A stretch of DNA of 64,000 bases from Podarcis cretensis (Eukaryota), in assembly GCA_951804945.1 (NCBI GenBank), contig OX638150.1, positions 44,392,001 through 44,456,000 on the forward strand. The letters run 5' to 3'. The notes beneath the pieces were generated by a model, which saw nothing but the letters and a program-made list of their open reading frames with translations, had not been told where the DNA came from and ran no database searches. This document shows positions 58,849 through 64,000 of this stretch, piece by piece (the stretch's first letter is position 1; each line of letters starts with the position of its first letter). Position numbers and translations under genes: made by a program.

Positions 58849-58987
58849 GACCATGCAGGAAGGAGGAATGAAAGAAAGTGAATCCTGGGTCACACAACGA
58901 GCACAAGAAATGTTCCAGAAGACAGGAACCTGGAGCCCAGAGCCAGGGCGCCCGGAAGAGATACCCAATAGCCGGACCAATTCCCAG
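58849..58987 (+). CDS. CACNA1A: Exon 42 (calmodulin-binding domain region) [31 protein letters not shown]...NSQ
   Basis: ctccag|G..CAG|gtggtt, 139 nt. Confidence 0.95.
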
Positions 58988-60795
58988 GTGGTTTGTGTGC
59001 CAGCTAGGTGCTTGGACTGGCACTTGCCTCTCTCTCAATCTTTCTCTCTTCTCTGACCCAGTTTGTCCTCTTGAAATCTTTTTAAAGTCTGTTATAATAT
59101 GCAATCTTTCACTAGAATCAGACATCATGTTTTGAAAATTCCAGAATCATAGGAAAGTTGCTCAGGAAGGTCCAGTTCAGAGGAGCAAATAGTTGAGATG
59201 TGGGTCAGGCCAATATGGGTTGAGCTTCAGCTGAAGGGGAAGGAATCGTGTGACACTTGGATCTCATGACAGCCCACATTTACAGCACCCTGTGCAACCT
59301 ACTCTATGAAGTTTTGGTAGCATGACAAAAGGGAGATGAGTTGCAAATTGTACTTGTGGTGAATCAGCTGCAAGATCTTTTTGCCATAAACTGAACTCAG
59401 CCTGTGCTTGCTCATATTGCTTTCTTGCCATGCTAATTTAATCATATGAATTCACCTTACCTTAAACAAAGGGGGAGGGGACTCCAAAGGTGAAGCAAAA
59501 CCTCACCACCACCACCTAGATTGTAGGGGCTCCACATGAGTTAAATGGAGAAGTATGAATTTTGATGCTCAGTGTTCATATGGCTGTTCTCAAAATACTT
59601 GTCCTAAAGATAAAATTGCAGTTATGCTCTGTATCATGAACACAGTGTCATTTGAGAGGTAAATCCATCCTGGCACATTACATGTCATTTTCAGTCACAA
59701 TCTACTGATTTCTTTCCATGGTCATAAGTCTACTACGTTATTGGTACAGATGTTCCTCCGTAGTGTGCATTTGGCTCTCAGCCTATGAACTGGGAGAATA
59801 GGAGTGATTTCTCCAAGAATACTAGCAAGGTCCTCTTTCCTTGCATGATTTTATATGTGGCAGCCTTAGGAGAAAGCGCCTTAGGAGAATTCACCCCTGC
59901 CTCTTGCTGTGTCCTGCAGGCTCCAAAGACTTTGCACAGCATATTTGAACCATTTGTATATCAATGGAGGCTGCTCCATTAAGGCAAATGGGATGCTGCA
60001 CCACCAATGTCTATCTGCCCTCAGCCAGCCCCCATCTGCCTGCCTTCCTCCTTACAACCAGTCCAGAGAATGGCACTGGCTGTCAGCTTCTTCCTCTCAG
60101 TGTTGCCTTTGTAGTACTCACCAGGAAGGAGGTTGAGGAAAAAACCAGAATTAGTTTGTTCTGGGTCTAGTTGCATTTGGTTTCTCTGCTTTCTACCACA
60201 CCAGTCCACGCCAGTCGCCACTTGTATATGGGGTTCCACAGGACACAGCAGCAGTACAACAACCTGCAGATCCAGAATCTAAAATGCTCATTGCCTCTGA
60301 CTTGTATTCCTGGATTTGGGTAGGAAATATATTTATGAGAGCTAGAGAGGGGGAGGTCGAATCATGTTTAGCAGAAGAATACTTAATGACTAGAGGTTGC
60401 CAGCAGCATGAGACCAGAATAAGTAGATTCTATGTTTGAAGTCCATTGAGTCGTTTAATCTTTGGTCAGTTGTTCCACATCTGTCCCTCCCAGCTCCCCC
60501 AAATCTGGCATCCCATGTGACATGACCCCATTGCTTCAGACATGGTATAAAAATGTATCTTTTTGCCCAGGCTTTCTCTGACCCATAAGATTGCCCCCCT
60601 TTTTTTTACTTGTATGAATTCTCTAAATTCCTGTTTCTCCTTGGTACTGTTTTACTTGTTTTATGTTGTATTTCTATTTTAATTATGTTGTTTACTGTTT
60701 TTAATGTTGTGCATTTCTTAGAGGCTTTTCAAATACTAAGAGGTTTATAAATGTTTTAAATAAATCAATAAATTCATCTGCTTTGCCTAATCCAG

Positions 60796-60909
60796 TCTGT
60801 AGAGATGCGGGAGATGGCAAGGGAGGGCTACTCAGACAGTGACCAGTACCTGCCCATGGAAGGTCATGGACGTGCTGCCTCCATGCCACGACTGCCTGCT
60901 GAAAACCAG
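60796..60909 (+). CDS. CACNA1A: Exon 43 [38 protein letters not shown]
   Basis: atccag|TCT..CAG|gtgagg, 114 nt. Confidence 0.95.
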
Positions 60910-61332
60910 GTGAGGGTTTTTTTATCCAGCCCATTTTGAACTTGAGGGCTGTGATGACCTCCCTTTCCTTGCACTCTCTTTTGCTCATAGGGGTAGCAGT
61001 GATCCTCATTGTCACCTGCACATCAAGGAGGTAGCAATGTTGGGCTTAGTGCTACTCAGTACTGGTGCATTCTGAAAGAATCTTGAGTCTAAATAGCATA
61101 TTGAATCCCCCCCCCCTCAAGAAAGGGCTAGACTTTATAATACTACCTTTCCTGCATCCTCTTCATCCTGCAGATTCTCCCCACCCACTTCATGTTAAAC
61201 CCTTTAAATTCACAGAAGATGCTCATGAGATGATACTTCCTAGTAATACATCACAGAATAATGTCTTACATACAAGACAGCAGGTGCCTGTCATCACAGT
61301 TTATTGGTCCAAATATTAGGGGAAAGCTATCA

Positions 61333-61696
61333 GGACGCAGGTGGCGCTGTGGGTTAAAGCCTCAGCACCTAGGACTTGCCGATCGAAAGGTCAGCGGTTC
61401 GAATCCCTGCGGCGGGGTGCGCTCCCGCTGCTCGGTCCCAGCACCTGCCAACCTAGCAGTTCGAAAGCACCTCCGGGTGCAAGTAGATAAATAGGGACCA
61501 CTTACCAGCGGGAAGGTAAACGGCGTTTCCGTGTGCGGCTCTGGCTCGCCAGATGCAGCTTTGTCACGCTGGCCACGTGACCCGGAAGTGTCTCCGGACA
61601 GCGCTGGCCCCTGGCCTCTTAAGTGAGATGGGCGCACAACCCCAGAGTCTGTCAAGACTGGCCCGTACGGGCAGGGGTACCTTTACCTTTACCTTT
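61333..61696 (+). mobile_element. Sauria-type SINE
   Basis: Homologous to 3978-4340; ACCTTT tail; TSD tatcagg. Confidence 0.9.
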
Positions 61697-64000
61697 ATCA
61701 GGCTTTCTCATTAAAGTCAGCATTCTGCTGTAGAAGTCATCCCTTATATTTCCAATGCTACCACTGCCTTCTCCTGCAGTGATTCCAATGTAATGGGTCC
61801 ACTCCAAGTCCCATTAGGCAGCAAATTCCCTCAATACTTTTACAACCTTCTGATCTTTAGCATCTAGTTAGTAGACTACCAAGTAATCCAGACAGCTCAG
61901 TTAAACAGCTGGGTAGCAGCAAGACTGAAGTGGATATTTTCTTCCAGCCTAGTGGGAGTCAGAATCACATGATGAAAATGAAGTCGGAGCAGATGTGTGT
62001 AGGCTGTTTGGCCTCCTCGCTGCCACCAGTCCAACTAAGATCATGGAGTTATACCATGGTGCATTTATGTCCTGCGGGCATTGAGTGCCTGCTACACATT
62101 TCTTTCAATTTGCATCAGTAGCAGGTGCACAGCAGGAGCAGCATTTGCTGCAATACACGTGTCTACGGATGGAGATGTTAAAGAGGAGAATGAGACATTT
62201 CCCTTAAGAAGCATAGAAATATTGGCATGTGAATGTAGTAAAGCAACAAATCCTTCCTGAGAAGGGAAATTGCACCTCTTTGCCAAGGAAGGTGGGAAGG
62301 AGGGTCCTCTGAGTAAGTAACATATGCCACAAATCCCAGCCATGGGACAGAGCACCCTATCAGACAGGAATGTGGAACTCTGGGCCTCTAGATGTTGTTA
62401 GATTTCAACTCCCATTAGCCCATTAGCCAGTGGTCAAGGATGATGGGAGTTGTAGTCCCAAGGCCTTCTGGAGAGCCGCAGCTTCCCTATTTCTGCTCTG
62501 AGACCTGGGATCTGGGAATCAGGTTTCTGATCTTGTCTTTGCACTTCTGCTTTCCCACTGGGTTTTCACAGGGGCAATCACCTCTTGTTGTCTTAAGTGG
62601 TCTTGTTTTGAAGGCATAATTTCTGCTAACTTGTTGCTTTGACCAGGCTGGAATTTTATTTTACTTCTTTGGCCCCTGGAGGGCTGTTTTGGTATGCTAG
62701 CCTTGTGCTCACTCTTCATTTCTCTGATGGGGAGTGGAGGAAAAGGCTAAATTAAACTGTGGCCTGTCACAGCACAGCTGCTGTCAAAGCAAAGCCCGCG
62801 TCCTTCTGCAGCTACCGTCCAGCTAGTAATGTACGCTTCCTGATCTGGCATGAAGCATGCTTTATAGTAGCAAACTTTACAGGGTTGTGAGATGCTATTC
62901 CAGCAGCCAGTGTTGTGCAAGGCGGAAGGTGGGGATGGGATAATGGGCTGGGGGTGAGTGCTCTTTGCTAAGCATGTGCCCAGCAGCAGTCGCTCTTAGC
63001 ATGCTCCGCTGTGTAGCAGCATTTACTGCCGTACCAGCAGGCTAAGCATATTTGTGTCTCTGTGTATATGTGTGCAAGTGAGAGCTTGGGCATATTATGA
63101 GGTGAAGACCATGGACAAAATAAATACATTATCTGCTACAATTAGTTTATAACTGTGCCTCCCAATTCTACCAAGTAGGGTCTAAATTATAACTCATAAG
63201 TATCTTAGCAGACACAACTTGTTGAAAACATCAGCTATGGCAACCTAGCTACAAAACACAGACCTTCCCCTTAAGTCAGAGGTACATAAATCATGGTTGT
63301 CTTGCACCAAAGCTCAGCATCCTGGACAGCTCCCTGGGCAAGCTGTCCTTCAACCTAGTGGGCCCACTGGTCTTGGAAAGGTCCCAGCAGTAGGCTGCTT
63401 GGCATCATCCACACTGCATTTTCAACAAAGGTTTCTCCCTTTGATTCAACAATAGGTTTTATTACTCTTAAGACAGTTGTTTTCAAACCTGTTCTGGAGA
63501 CTCAGGTTCCTCAATGGGTTCCTCAGTAGAAGAATAGTAATGACAGATACACCTTAAAGAAGACTTGCCAGCCACTAGCAATCTTCCCTTGCAGTACAGA
63601 GCCTCAGGGAAATTCTAAGGAGCACATTTTCCTCATATGTGGGCTTTGTGAAGCAACCCAGCTGGTCTGACAAGTGCACTATGTGAACTAAATGTGCTCC
63701 CTAAAACTCTCAGCACAATTTTTTGCAATATACAGATGCTCCTTGTCAGAAAGGTCAGCGTGATCAGGGTTCTCTGAAGGCGAAGAACTTGAAACAATGG
63801 CTTTAAGGCATAGGTTGCCAACCTCTGACACAAGCAGTAGGAGTTTGTAGTACATGTCGATGGGAAATGGACCTAACAATGGCATGGAATCACAGTGCTC
63901 CTACCTGGCTCTCTCATGCAGTGCTATTGTCTACTCCAGTAGACAGAAGCAAAACAGTTCCATGACACTAGAACATTTTATTATGTACTGCAGAGTGGGG

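Noticed and set aside
60910-64000. Exon 44 (RRRGRPRGNNLS-like, 36 nt)
   Set aside because: No matching sequence found by eye. It most likely lies beyond the window, so loss cannot be claimed.

Overview
Vertebrate genomic DNA, inferred to be a squamate and probably a lacertid lizard from its young Sauria-type SINEs. The whole window lies inside one + strand gene, CACNA1A (Cav2.1, P/Q-type calcium channel alpha-1A), from intron 24 to intron 43 (human exon numbering). I located exons 25-43 by hand with consistent splice phases. These include the mutually exclusive EF-hand exons 37a/37b and two neural microexons missing from the ORF track: e24a (12 nt, SSTR) and e31a (6 nt, encoding DP where mammals have NP). 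The most notable observations are: (1) a candidate 28-nt poison microexon in intron 37 behind four RBFOX TGCATG motifs; (2) a GC-AG intron after exon 38; (3) a 36-bp tandem duplication that copies the exon 39 donor; (4) a TSD-bounded, ORF2-deleted sense L1 inserted 44 bp after the IQ-domain exon. Introns also carry Sauria SINEs, L1/L2/CR1 fragments and MITEs. Nearly all other ORFs in the supplied track appear to be noise. Human comparisons are from recalled knowledge, not a database search.
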